Shown here: one piece after another, positions 31,327-40,970 of the stretch
Position numbering within the stretch: position 1 is the first letter of the stretch
Layout: every line of letters begins with the position of its first letter
Assembly (NCBI GenBank): GCA_963720545.1
Contig: OY970399.1
Coordinates: 3,136,001-3,200,000, forward strand
Reading direction: 5' to 3'
DNA length: 64,000 bases
DNA from: an uncultured Acidobacteriota bacterium
Lineage (GTDB): Bacteria; Acidobacteriota; Vicinamibacteria; Fen-336
Position numbers and translations under genes: made by a program
The notes under the pieces: generated by a model
Told to the model about the DNA's origin: nothing
Database searches by the model: none
What the model saw: only the letters and a program-made list of their open reading frames with translations

Positions 31327-32283
31327 TCAGCGCGCGGCGTTGCGGTTGCGCAGCCGGCGCAGCGTCAGCTCGACGTCCACCATCAGCGCCTCGGTGGTGT
31401 TGTCGAGGTGGTCGAGGCCGCGGTGGAACTGGGTGTAGTCGGCGTTGCGCGGCTCCTCGGCCTCGATCAGGTTCTCGATGCGCGCCGACCACTCCATGAG
31501 GTTGTGGAGGCTGGCTTCGCCGTGCGAGTCCATGTGCGAGGTTTCGGTGGCACCGAGGTGCAGCCCGCGCAGGAACGCGCCGATCTCGCGGCGACGCTGC
31601 TTGGCGCGGTCGACGACGCTCTGGAAGGTGCGGCGCTGCGTGAGCGACACGCGTGACGGCGGCAGCGCCTCGATGGAACCGGAGTCGAAGCGCTTGGCGA
31701 ACACAGCCGCGATCTTGTCGAGCTCGCCCTTGGCGGGATCGTTCTCCGGATAGCCGCGCTTCGCCAGGATCTCGAGGACGCCGTGGCTCGGGACGGCGTG
31801 CTCGGCGGCGACCGTGCCGCGGAAGAAGTAGTGCACTTCCTCGGCGCTCAGCGGCCCGCCGGCGAGCAGCAGGTCGCCCGGTGTGAGGAACTCGCCGTTC
31901 GGCATGCGCCGCTGGTAAAGCGTGGACCGGCGCGACGCCTTCTTCGAGGCGCCGCCGCGTCCCGCCTTTGTCTTTGGCGAGGGAATCTTCTTGCCTGGGC
32001 CGGCCGGCGCGCCGGGAACGGCGGCCGCTTTTGGCGCCCCCTTGCCTCCTGGCGCCAGCTGCTTCGGAGCGCCCTTGCCGGCAGCCGCGGGCGGCGCGGG
32101 GGCCGGCTTGGCCGAAGCACCCTTCTTCACAGGGACGGCGGGCGCCGGCTTGACGGCAGCCTTCTTCGCGGCGGGCGCCGCCGGCTTCGCCTTGGCCTTC
32201 GGCTGTGGCTTCGCCTTCGCCTTTGCCTTCGCCTTCACGGTGGGCCTGGCCTTGGCCTTGGCTTTGGTCTTGTGGGTCGACAT
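31327..32283 (-). CDS. Hypothetical protein with Lys/Ala/Pro-rich histone-H1-like N-terminus
   Basis: About 115 aa of KAKAKAKPQPKAKAKPAAPAAKK-type low complexity, then an ordered, probably helical domain of about 200 aa. Confidence 0.75.
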   Translation of the reverse strand: MSTHKTKAKAKARPTVKAKAKAKAKPQPKAKAKPAAPAAKKAAVKPAPAVPVKKGASAKPAPAPPAAAGKGAPKQLAPGGKGAPKAAAVPGAPAGPGKKIPSPKTKAGRGGASKKASRRSTLYQRRMPNGEFLTPGDLLLAGGPLSAEEVHYFFRGTVAAEHAVPSHGVLEILAKRGYPENDPAKGELDKIAAVFAKRFDSGSIEALPPSRVSLTQRRTFQSVVDRAKQRRREIGAFLRGLHLGATETSHMDSHGEASLHNLMEWSARIENLIEAEEPRNADYTQFHRGLDHLDNTTEALMVDVELTLRRLRNRNAAR

Positions 32284-32332
32284 CGTTTCTTCTAGTCCTT
32301 TCGCCTGTCTGGTGCGAGGCGGGTTGGGCGCG

Positions 32333-33439
32333 TCAGGGCAGGAACCGTTCCGGGTGCTTGAGCTTCGCGGGCAGGTACTCGTCCATGACGTAGTTGAGGT
32401 CGTGCTTGGCGAAGGCCTGCTGCTCGGCACGCACGCCCATCTTCAGCAGCTGCTCGAAAGCCTTCGCCCACTGCGGAAAGTGCTGGAAGAACGGATCGTT
32501 CTTGAGGGCGTCCTTGGCCCGCTTGATGTCGACGTCCTTCAGCGGATGCGTGGGCAGCTTGTAGTCGATGATGTCCTGCGGCGTCACGCCGAGGAAGCGC
32601 GCCTGCGGCACGCAGAAGTACTCGTTGAGGTGCGCGTTGTTGCCCGAGCCCACCTTCAGTGTGCGGTAGATGTTGGCGATGCCGTACGGATCGCAGTCGA
32701 CGAACACGTACACCGGGATCTTCTTCTCGTCGGCGAGCCGGCGCACGAAACGCCGCACCGCGCGCGTCGGCACGCCCGCCATCGACACCAGGATGCAGTC
32801 GGACGTGTCCCAGAAGCGGTGGCGGTTGAGGCGCTCGAAGATGCCGCCGGTTTCGATGCAGAGGATGAACTTGGCCTTGGTGCGGAAGCCGAGCTCGTCG
32901 ACGGCGGAGGGAATGCCGTAGGCGCCGGAACCGAACTTGGTGCAGTCGATCTCCTGCACCTTGCCGGTGCCCATGTCGCGGTCCACGACCACCAGCTCCC
33001 CGGCCACCAGCCCGCCGTGTTCGTCGGGCGTGAAGTGCAAGAGCTCCTTGTGGACGCCGTAGAACGACTCGATGTCGTCCATGATGGTGTCCGACTCGGA
33101 CTGGTCGTCGCAGCGCGCGTCGTCCCAGTTCTTCGTCTGGTAGTACGCGTCGCGCTTGGTCGCGAAGTCGCCGGTTTCGATGAGCGTCTTCGACAGCGAC
33201 ACCATGCGCAGCGTCTGGGCGAACGTCTTCACGGTCGAAACCGTTAGGGTGCGCTCCTTCTTCTTGCCGGCCATCTCGAAGTGGCCCTTCTTCGCCGTGT
33301 AACGGACGTTCGAGAGGCTGCGCAGCGGGAACTTCATCTCCGGCTTGCCGCCGGCGACGATCTTGTCGTGGATGGTCTGCGAGGACGAGACGATCTTCGA
33401 AACGACGGCGCCCGCCGCGGCGGATTTCGCCTTGGCCAA
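32333..33439 (-). CDS. top6A: DNA topoisomerase VI subunit A (Spo11-like)
   Basis: KRDAYY catalytic Tyr motif, TOPRIM CIET and FVDCDPYG, C-terminal AEQQA; GGAGG 6 nt before TTG 33439. Confidence 0.92.
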   Translation of the reverse strand: MAKAKSAAAGAVVSKIVSSSQTIHDKIVAGGKPEMKFPLRSLSNVRYTAKKGHFEMAGKKKERTLTVSTVKTFAQTLRMVSLSKTLIETGDFATKRDAYYQTKNWDDARCDDQSESDTIMDDIESFYGVHKELLHFTPDEHGGLVAGELVVVDRDMGTGKVQEIDCTKFGSGAYGIPSAVDELGFRTKAKFILCIETGGIFERLNRHRFWDTSDCILVSMAGVPTRAVRRFVRRLADEKKIPVYVFVDCDPYGIANIYRTLKVGSGNNAHLNEYFCVPQARFLGVTPQDIIDYKLPTHPLKDVDIKRAKDALKNDPFFQHFPQWAKAFEQLLKMGVRAEQQAFAKHDLNYVMDEYLPAKLKHPERFLP

Positions 33440-33521
33440 CGACAACCTCCAGCTGATCAGTAACTTGTGGGGTCCGCCGGCCGGCAGGACCGTCGCACAG
33501 AATACCACAAGGCGTGCGGCA

Positions 33522-34463
33522 TCAGGCCAGCCCGGCGCCGTACGTCTTCAGGTACTTCATGCCGGTGTCGCACAGCACGGTGACGATGGTCGCGTCCTTG
33601 CCGAGCTCCTCGCCGAGGCGCAGCGCCGCGATGACGTTGGCCCCGGTGGAGGTGCCGGCGAACAGGCCCTCCTCGCGCGCCAGGCGCAGCGCCATGGCCG
33701 TGGCGTCGGCGGTCGAGACCTGCTCGATGCCGTCGGCGACGGCGTCGTGCCACAGCGGCACGACGAATCCGGCGCCGACGCCGTCGATGCTGTGCGAGCC
33801 CGGCTTGCCGCCGGAGAGAACAGGAGACTCGGCCGGCTCCACGGCGACGACGCGCACGCGTGGGCTGCGGCCGCGCAGGTCTTCGGCGATGCCGCGCAGC
33901 GACGCGGCGGTGCCGACGCTCTGCACGAAGCCGTCCACCTCTTCACCCGTCTGCATCCAGATCTCGTCCGCCATCTGGCGGTAGGCCGACACCTGGTCGG
34001 TGTTGTTCATCTGGTCGGTCCAGAAGGCGCCGCTTTGGGCGGCAACGACGCGCGCCGCCTCGATCATGTCGCGCGTCAGCTTCTCGGTCATGCCGCGGCC
34101 CTCGCTCGGGATGACCTGCAGCTGCGCGCCCAGGATGCGCATGTGGTCGAGCTTCTCTTTCGAGAACGCGTCCGAGGTGACGATGTGCAGCGGATGGCGC
34201 TTCACGGCGCACACCAGCGCCAGCGACACGCCGGTGCTGCCGCCGGTGTACTCGACCACGGCACCGCCCGGCTGCAACCGTCCGTCGTTCTCGCCTGCCT
34301 CGATCATGGCGAGCGCCATGCGGTCCTTCATGCTGCCGGTCGGGTTTTCGCTCTCGAGCTTCAGCAAGATGCGCGCGCCGCTGTGCGGCACGATGTGGCG
34401 CAGCGGCAGCAGCGGGGTGTGGCCGATGCGCTGCAGGATGTCGCTCGGCTGCTGCCGCGCCAC
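33522..34463 (-). CDS. PLP-dependent cysteine synthase family protein (divergent)
   Basis: IGHTPL, KLESENPTGSMKDR, LAREEGLFAGTSTG, DTGMKYL. Confidence 0.88.
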   Translation of the reverse strand: MARQQPSDILQRIGHTPLLPLRHIVPHSGARILLKLESENPTGSMKDRMALAMIEAGENDGRLQPGGAVVEYTGGSTGVSLALVCAVKRHPLHIVTSDAFSKEKLDHMRILGAQLQVIPSEGRGMTEKLTRDMIEAARVVAAQSGAFWTDQMNNTDQVSAYRQMADEIWMQTGEEVDGFVQSVGTAASLRGIAEDLRGRSPRVRVVAVEPAESPVLSGGKPGSHSIDGVGAGFVVPLWHDAVADGIEQVSTADATAMALRLAREEGLFAGTSTGANVIAALRLGEELGKDATIVTVLCDTGMKYLKTYGAGLA

Positions 34464-36230
34464 CTACAGCATCGCCTCGCGGCTGCGCTCCAGCGTGTCG
34501 CGCAGGGTCGCCACCACCTTGCCTTCCTGCTTCTCGGAAAGAGCCAGGATCTCGCGCAGCGCGATGCCGATGTGCGGGATGAACTTGTCGATGTAGCCGC
34601 GCTTCTTCAGCTCGGCGTCGGCGCGGCGCTGGTGGCGGATGTGCGCGCCGAGGCGGCGGCCGACGTCCATGAGGCCGAGGCGCAGCTCCTTCACGATCTC
34701 CGGATAGTGGGCGATCGCCTCCTTCGACTCCGAGGTGAACGGCACCCACACCGAGGCGATGTGGATCATCACCACCATCGGCCCGGAGGGCAGCGCGCCC
34801 TTCGACATCGACAGGCCGTAGGACCGCCAGTCGATCGACAGCGTCGCCTTGGTGATGGCGCACGCCGAGCTCTGGTACTGAAGCGGCACGCGGTTGGCGA
34901 GGCGGTACAGCTCGATGAGCTCGTCGGCGGGCAGCGCGCCGCCGTAGGCGAGGCCGACCTCCACCTGGAACGGGTTGCCGCGGTAGACGGCCGGCGGGCG
35001 CGTCACCGCCTCGAAGTACGCGGCCTGCGGCACGCGCTTGCGCAAGCCCGCGACCACCGCGTCCTCGCCGATGGGCGACAGGCAGTTGGTGGGCGGCGCC
35101 ATGATCTTCACCGACTGGATCGCCTTGTGGATGCGCTCGACGTCCGCCGTCTTCAGGTCGCGCGGCCGCGCCGTGGCGCGCACCTGCGCGAGCTTCACGA
35201 CTTCGCCCACGACCTTGTCGGTGACGCGCGAGAAATCGGCCTTGAGGGCTGCCGACAGCTGCCGCGCCGGGCTGTCCTGGAGCATCCGCATCAGCATGCC
35301 GAGCTCGACTCCGTGCGGGTGCGGCTTGATTTCCTTCGGCTCCTCGGGAAGTTCCTTCACCGCGCGCGCGAAGTGCACCGTGTCCTGGCCGGGCGCCGTG
35401 TAGAAAATCTCGGCGTGCGGGTTCGCGAGCGCCGTCTGCTCGACGTAGTCGTCCACCGAGCGGCGGCCGCGCTTGTAGGTCGCCTGCAGCTCGATCTCGA
35501 CACGGGTGCCGTGCTTCACGTCCCATTCGCGGGTGTCGTCGCGCAGCACCAGCGGCTCGTTCTTGCGCGTGTCGATCGTGATCTCGAAGAGGTGCGCCGG
35601 CCCCTTGCCGCCGGTCTTGCTGGTGATCGTGACCGGCTTGCCGGTGGTGAGCTGCCCGTACATCCCGGCCGCGGAGACGCCGATGCCCTGCTGGCCGCGC
35701 TGCTGCTTCATCGTGTGGAACTTGCTGCCGTAGAGAAGCTTGCCGAACACCCGCGGAATCTGCTTGCGGACGATGCCGGGGCCGTTGTCTTCGACGGCGA
35801 TGCGGAATCGGTCTTCGGCGAGGCCGGTGATCTCGATGCGCAGGGTGGGGAGGATGCCGGCCTCGCTGCAGGCGTCGAGCGAGTTGTCCACGCATTCGCG
35901 CACCGCGGTGAGGAGTGCCTTTTGCGGGTTGTCGAAGCCAAGCAGGTGGCGGTTCTTGACGAAGAACTCCGACACCGAGATCTCACGCTGCTTCATGCCG
36001 AGCGCCTCGGCGGTCATGCGGCGGGGCGGCGCCTGTGGCACTGGCTCGTCGGCGGCGGCGGACGCTTCGACCGGCACGGGAGCGGGGGGGGTCGTCGCTT
36101 CCTTGCGCTTGCGCGGCGCGGCTCTGGCTACCACCGCTGCTTCTTCGGCGGCCTCCAGCGCCTGTTCCTCGAACAGCCCCATTTGCGGCGCAGCACCGCG
36201 CAGCGCACCCGCGCCAGGTCTCTTGCTCAT
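34464..36230 (-). CDS. top6B: DNA topoisomerase VI subunit B
   Basis: ISVSEFF..LLGFD, ECVDNSLDA, EDNGPGI, LYGSKF, RGQQGIG, RLANRVPL, VPFTSESKE. Confidence 0.95.
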   Translation of the reverse strand: MSKRPGAGALRGAAPQMGLFEEQALEAAEEAAVVARAAPRKRKEATTPPAPVPVEASAAADEPVPQAPPRRMTAEALGMKQREISVSEFFVKNRHLLGFDNPQKALLTAVRECVDNSLDACSEAGILPTLRIEITGLAEDRFRIAVEDNGPGIVRKQIPRVFGKLLYGSKFHTMKQQRGQQGIGVSAAGMYGQLTTGKPVTITSKTGGKGPAHLFEITIDTRKNEPLVLRDDTREWDVKHGTRVEIELQATYKRGRRSVDDYVEQTALANPHAEIFYTAPGQDTVHFARAVKELPEEPKEIKPHPHGVELGMLMRMLQDSPARQLSAALKADFSRVTDKVVGEVVKLAQVRATARPRDLKTADVERIHKAIQSVKIMAPPTNCLSPIGEDAVVAGLRKRVPQAAYFEAVTRPPAVYRGNPFQVEVGLAYGGALPADELIELYRLANRVPLQYQSSACAITKATLSIDWRSYGLSMSKGALPSGPMVVMIHIASVWVPFTSESKEAIAHYPEIVKELRLGLMDVGRRLGAHIRHQRRADAELKKRGYIDKFIPHIGIALREILALSEKQEGKVVATLRDTLERSREAML

Positions 36231-36277
36231 GGCTCAGGATAGTAACAGGCGAGAGTGTAGGATCGCGTCCAGGACCC

Positions 36278-37054
36278 ATGCCAGCCGCTGATAAATCTGT
36301 GACTTACGGGAGTTACCTGAAGGTCCCGGAGCTGCTTTCGCTGCAGCAGCTCATGTCCTCGCCGCGCGAGCACGACGAGCCGCTCTTCATCATCATTCAC
36401 CAGGTCTACGAGCTGTGGTTCAAGCTGATGCTGCACGAGGTCGACTCGGCGGCGAAGCACCTGCGCGCCGGCCGTGTGGCCGAAGGAACGCGTCTGCTGC
36501 GGCGGGTGGTCGAGATCCAGCGCGTCCTCATCCAGCAGATCCGGGTGCTCGAGACCATGCGCCCGCAAGACTTCCTCGCTTTCCGCTACCACCTCAATCC
36601 GGCTTCCGGGTTCCAGTCGGTGCAGTTCCGCGAGCTCGAATGCGCGCTGGGGATGCCGGATCCGAAGATCCTCGACCACCTGCGCTGCGCGCCCGACGAG
36701 CGGCAGCGGCTCACCGACCGGCTCGAAGCGCCCGGCCTCAACGGTGTGTTCGACGCGGTGTTGAAGGAGCGCGGGTTCGACCTCGCCAGCGAGGACGCGC
36801 GGCGCGAGTCGTACCGGGCGCTCTATGCGAACGCCGAGGACCATCCCGACCTCAACGCCCTCGCCGAGGTGCTGATGGACATCGACGAGGCGCTGGCGTT
36901 GTGGCGGTTCCACCACGTGCAGATGGTCGAGAGGATGATCGGAGCGAAACCTGGCACCGGAGGCAGCGAGGGGGTCGCCTACCTGGCGACGACCCTGAAA
37001 AAGCGGGCATTTCCCGACCTCTGGCTGGCGCGCACAGGCCTCCAGAGAGCGTGA
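36278..37054 (+). CDS. kynA: Tryptophan 2,3-dioxygenase
   Basis: YGSYL, HDEPLFIIIHQVYELWFK, ASGFQSVQFR, VERMIGAKPGTGGSEG. Confidence 0.92.
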   Translation: MPAADKSVTYGSYLKVPELLSLQQLMSSPREHDEPLFIIIHQVYELWFKLMLHEVDSAAKHLRAGRVAEGTRLLRRVVEIQRVLIQQIRVLETMRPQDFLAFRYHLNPASGFQSVQFRELECALGMPDPKILDHLRCAPDERQRLTDRLEAPGLNGVFDAVLKERGFDLASEDARRESYRALYANAEDHPDLNALAEVLMDIDEALALWRFHHVQMVERMIGAKPGTGGSEGVAYLATTLKKRAFPDLWLARTGLQRA

Positions 37055-37073
37055 ACGTTACACTGTAGGGCTG

Positions 37074-38156
37074 ATGGACGACCGCAACGGGATTCGGGGA
37101 ATCATCCTCGCAGGCAGCTGGGAAGAAAGCTCGTTCGAGGCGCTGCTTCCGCGCCCGCTCGTGCCGGTGGCCCTGACGCCGCTCATTTCGCATGTCTTCG
37201 GCTGGCTGCGCGACGGCGGCATCGCCCACGCCACGGTGTGCGCGAACGGCGCCTCGAAACCGATCCGGGAGTTCGTCGAAAGCGCCTCGGGCGAAAGCCT
37301 CGCGGTCGGGTTTCACCAGGACGAGACTCCGCGCGGCCCCGCCGGCGCCGCCCGCGACGCGGCGCTCGCAAGCGACGGACGCCTGTTCGTCGTCTGCGAC
37401 GCCTCCACCATCCCGGTAGCCGAGATTTCCGACCTGCTCGAAACTCACCTGCGCGCGCGCGCCGCGGTGACGCTGGTGGTGCACGGCGACGTCGCCGCCT
37501 CGCCCTACGAGTCGCGGCCGTGGACGCCCGGCGACATCTACATCTTCGACCGCCGCGTGTTCGACCACGTCGCGGCCAACGGTTTCCAGGACATCAAGGA
37601 AAGCCTCATTCCCAAGCTGCACGCCATGGGCGAAGGTGTCGTAACTCACTTCGTCCCCGGCGCCTGCCCCCGCGTCCTCAACACCGAGAGTTATCTTTCG
37701 GTGAACGCCTGGATGGTGGAGCAAGTGGCAGCCTGGAAGTACACCAAGAGATCTTCGCTCGGCGAGTACCGCGTGCTCGGCCAGGGCCTGCGGCACCCGA
37801 CCGCCGGCATCGACCCGTCCGCGCGCGTCATCGGCCCGGTGCTGCTCGGCCCGGGGGTGTTCGTCGGCCCCGGCGCCACCATCGTCGGCCCGGCGTCGGT
37901 GGGGCCGAACACGCGCATCGAAGCCGACGCGGCACTGTCGCGCAGCGTCGCCTGGAGCCACTGCGTCGTTGGCGCCGGCGCGCTCGTCGACCGCTCGCTG
38001 CTGGTCAATGACGCCGTGGTCAAGCCGGCCGAGACGGTCTACGGCACCGTGCGCCATGCCCAGCGATCGCGCTGGAGCCAGGCGCAGAGGATCCTCCAGT
38101 CCGCCTCGCCCGGCGGCGCCGCGCCGGACGTCGCCCTCAAGCACGTCGAAGCGTGA
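37074..38156 (+). CDS. NDP-sugar pyrophosphorylase-like protein with left-handed beta-helix, degenerate active site
   Basis: GIILAG start, PRPLVPV, ETPRGPAGA, hexapeptide repeats; lacks GxGTR and the PK lysine. Confidence 0.8.
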   Translation: MDDRNGIRGIILAGSWEESSFEALLPRPLVPVALTPLISHVFGWLRDGGIAHATVCANGASKPIREFVESASGESLAVGFHQDETPRGPAGAARDAALASDGRLFVVCDASTIPVAEISDLLETHLRARAAVTLVVHGDVAASPYESRPWTPGDIYIFDRRVFDHVAANGFQDIKESLIPKLHAMGEGVVTHFVPGACPRVLNTESYLSVNAWMVEQVAAWKYTKRSSLGEYRVLGQGLRHPTAGIDPSARVIGPVLLGPGVFVGPGATIVGPASVGPNTRIEADAALSRSVAWSHCVVGAGALVDRSLLVNDAVVKPAETVYGTVRHAQRSRWSQAQRILQSASPGGAAPDVALKHVEA

Positions 38157-39880
38157 AGGTCCATCTCGTCATCATCGACTCGCGCCCCGAATACTTTCGC
38201 GGCGCGGACCGCACCACGTCGCTGGTGCAGATGCCGTTCGGCAGCGGCGACCTGCTCAACCACCTGACCAGCCAGCTGAAGTCGGCGTGCGTGCCCGGGG
38301 TCTCGATCCTGACCGACTTCAACGTGCGCGCCGGCTACGAAGACGCGGTGCGCGCCATTTCGCCGAGCGTCGACAAGATAGTGCCGCTGTCGCGCTTCAG
38401 CCGCTTCCTCGCGGCGCACGAGCCTTCCGACTGGCTGCTGATGATCGACCCGCGCTGCTATCCGTCGGACGGCTACGGCGCCGAGGACCTCGTGGAGGGC
38501 GCCGCCGCCGATCCGCGCTGGGTGCGGCACCTGGTGGCGCTCGAGGACATCGAGAGCGGCGCCAAGGAATTCGTGCAGCTCGATGCCGAGGGCCGGGTGG
38601 CGAAGGTGCAGCGCTACTACGAGGCCGTCACCTGGTCGCTGACCTCCGGGGTCGCGTGCTCGCTGCTGCCGGTGTCGAGCGCCCTCATCATGCAGGAGCT
38701 GCCGTTCTCCTCGCTCCCGGAGCTGCGCAGCGCTCTGGCGGCGCGCGGCGTGCCCTGCCAGGACGTGCCGGTTTCGGGCGGCGTCTACGACCTGAAGGAA
38801 GAGCGCGGCCTGCTCGAGATGGGCCGCGCCTCGGCTGTGGGCCTGTTCGCGCGCGGCGGCGAGGAGTCGGACCGCAGCCCCTCGGCGCACCTCGACGCGG
38901 CGGCGCGCATCGTCGGCCCGGTGGTCATCCAGGAAGAAGTGGCCGTCGATGCGGAGGCGCTCATCCTCGGCCCCACCATCCTCGGCAAGGGGTGCCGCAT
39001 CGGCCGCGGCGCGGTGGTGGCGCAGTCGGTGGTGCCGGCCGGCGCGGTGGTGAAGGACGGCGCCACCTGGCGCCATCGGCTGGTCGTCGGCCTGCCGCCG
39101 CAGGAAGGCGAGCGGCCGCGGCAGCGGCCGTTCCCGGGGGTAATGAGCGGCGTCGGCGTGCGCGTGCTGCACTCGGACGGCCCGCGCAGCAAGAGCATCT
39201 ACCCGGCGGTGAAGCTGGTGGTCGAGTCGTTCCTGGCGCTGACCGCGCTGGTGTTGCTGTCGCCGCTGCTGCTGCTGGTCGCGCTCCTGGTGCGGCTCGG
39301 CTCCAACGGGCCGTCCCTCTACGGCGACAAGCGCGAGGGCATGGGCGGGCAGGTGTTCCGCTGCTGGAAGTTCCGTTCGATGGTGGTGAACGCGCACGCG
39401 CTGCAGCAGAAGCTGCGCGAAGCGAGCAACGTCGACGGGCCGCAGTTCAAGATCGAGAACGACCCGCGGGTGACGCGCCTCGGCGGCATCCTGCGCAAGA
39501 CCAACATCGACGAGCTGCCGCAGCTCATCAACGTCGCGCTCGGGCAGATGAGCTTCGTCGGGCCGCGGCCGTCCCCGTTCCGCGAGAACCAGACCTGCAT
39601 CCCCTGGCGCGAGGGCCGGCTCTCGGTGCGGCCCGGCATCACCGGCCTGTGGCAGATCTGCCGCCGTGACCGCTCCACCGGCGACTTCCACCAGTGGATC
39701 TACTACGACCTGCTGTACGTGCGCCACATGTCGCCGTGGATGGACGTGAAGATCCTCGGCGCAACCTTCATCACCCTGGGCGGAAAACGCAGCGTGCCGC
39801 TCACCTGGATCATCTCGCCGGAGCGGCTGGGAACCGTGACGGCCCATGACGACCTGAGGTCCCAGCCTGCCCGTGCCTGA
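38153..39880 (+). CDS. Priming sugar-phosphate transferase (Bac_transf) fused to a nucleotidyltransferase-like/LbH N-terminus
   Basis: C-terminal KFRSM, DPRVTRLG, DELPQLINV, MSFVGPRP, RPGITGLWQ; hexapeptide repeats upstream. Confidence 0.88.
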   Translation: MKVHLVIIDSRPEYFRGADRTTSLVQMPFGSGDLLNHLTSQLKSACVPGVSILTDFNVRAGYEDAVRAISPSVDKIVPLSRFSRFLAAHEPSDWLLMIDPRCYPSDGYGAEDLVEGAAADPRWVRHLVALEDIESGAKEFVQLDAEGRVAKVQRYYEAVTWSLTSGVACSLLPVSSALIMQELPFSSLPELRSALAARGVPCQDVPVSGGVYDLKEERGLLEMGRASAVGLFARGGEESDRSPSAHLDAAARIVGPVVIQEEVAVDAEALILGPTILGKGCRIGRGAVVAQSVVPAGAVVKDGATWRHRLVVGLPPQEGERPRQRPFPGVMSGVGVRVLHSDGPRSKSIYPAVKLVVESFLALTALVLLSPLLLLVALLVRLGSNGPSLYGDKREGMGGQVFRCWKFRSMVVNAHALQQKLREASNVDGPQFKIENDPRVTRLGGILRKTNIDELPQLINVALGQMSFVGPRPSPFRENQTCIPWREGRLSVRPGITGLWQICRRDRSTGDFHQWIYYDLLYVRHMSPWMDVKILGATFITLGGKRSVPLTWIISPERLGTVTAHDDLRSQPARA

Positions 39881-40970
39881 TACGAACCTGGATGGCTATG
39901 TCGAAACATTGCGCGGCGTCGCCGTGCGCTCGGTGGCGCGCATGTATTCGCCCGGCGACCGCGCCTTCGTCTTCTGCCTGCGCGACAACGACGGCGACGT
40001 CCGGCCGGAGGGGCTGAGCCGCCGCTACACGGCGATCACCCTCATCGGCCTGGCTCGCGAGGACGCGGCGACCGTGCGCGCGGTGCTCGGCGAGCACTCG
40101 CTGGCGCAGGTGTACGAGAAGCTGCTCGAGGATGTCGCGACGCATACGAACCTCGGCGACGTGGCGCTCACGCACTGGGCGGGCACGGCCATCGGCCACG
40201 CGGGCCGGGCGAAGGCGCTGGCGCGCCTCACGCAGCTCGCCCCGCAGCAGGGCGCTCACCACACCGTGGAACTCGCGTGGGTGGTGACGGCTCTCTCGGT
40301 CGACCCGGAAAAGCCGGCGCCAGAGCTGCGCGACGCGGTGGCGAAGCGCCTGGTGACGGCGCAGAACGAGCGGGTTTTCCCGCACCTCATCGGCGGCAAC
40401 GACGGCTTGCGCGCGCATGTCGCGTGCTTCGCCGACCTCGTCTACCCGACGCAGGCACTCGCGCACCATCACCGCGCCACCGGCGACGGCGCGAGCCTCG
40501 CGGCCGCTGCGGCGTGCGGCGACTACATGTGCGACACCCAGGGGCCGGCGGGGCAGTGGTGGTGGCATCACGACCATCGCACCGGCAAGGTGCTCGAGGG
40601 CTACCCGGTCTACGCCGTGCACCAGGACTCGATGGCGCCGATGGCGCTCTTCGACCTGCAGGATGCGACCGGCAGGAACTACGACGCGGCCATCCGCAAG
40701 GGGCTCGCGTGGCTGCGCAGCAGCCCCGAGCTCGACGGCGGCACGCTGCTCGACACCGGCAACGACATCATCTGGCGCAAGGTCGCAAGGCGCGAACCCA
40801 ACAAGCTGTCGCGCTCGCTGCAGGCGGTGGCGAGCGGCGTGCACCAGGGCCTGCGCGTTCCCGGGCTCGACACGCTGTTCCCGCCGGTGACCACCGACCG
40901 CGAGGACCGGCCGTATCACCTCGGCTGGGTGTTCTACGCGTTCCCGCCGAGCCGGCGGCACTTCTCATGA
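39873..40970 (+). CDS. Hypothetical protein of polysaccharide locus (possible alpha/alpha-toroid)
   Basis: Translationally coupled on both sides; FADLVYP, GQWWW, YPVYAVHQDSMAP, RPYHLGW. Confidence 0.7.
   Translation: MPDTNLDGYVETLRGVAVRSVARMYSPGDRAFVFCLRDNDGDVRPEGLSRRYTAITLIGLAREDAATVRAVLGEHSLAQVYEKLLEDVATHTNLGDVALTHWAGTAIGHAGRAKALARLTQLAPQQGAHHTVELAWVVTALSVDPEKPAPELRDAVAKRLVTAQNERVFPHLIGGNDGLRAHVACFADLVYPTQALAHHHRATGDGASLAAAAACGDYMCDTQGPAGQWWWHHDHRTGKVLEGYPVYAVHQDSMAPMALFDLQDATGRNYDAAIRKGLAWLRSSPELDGGTLLDTGNDIIWRKVARREPNKLSRSLQAVASGVHQGLRVPGLDTLFPPVTTDREDRPYHLGWVFYAFPPSRRHFS

Noticed and set aside
32190..32270. GCCTT(C/T/G) hexamer-like tandem repeats as a DNA repeat element
   Set aside because: They simply encode the Lys-Ala repeats of the H1-like tail.
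32333..36230. Archaeal or eukaryotic contamination (Spo11/topo VI)
   Set aside because: Codon usage and GC match the flanks, and the genes are interleaved with bacterial genes.
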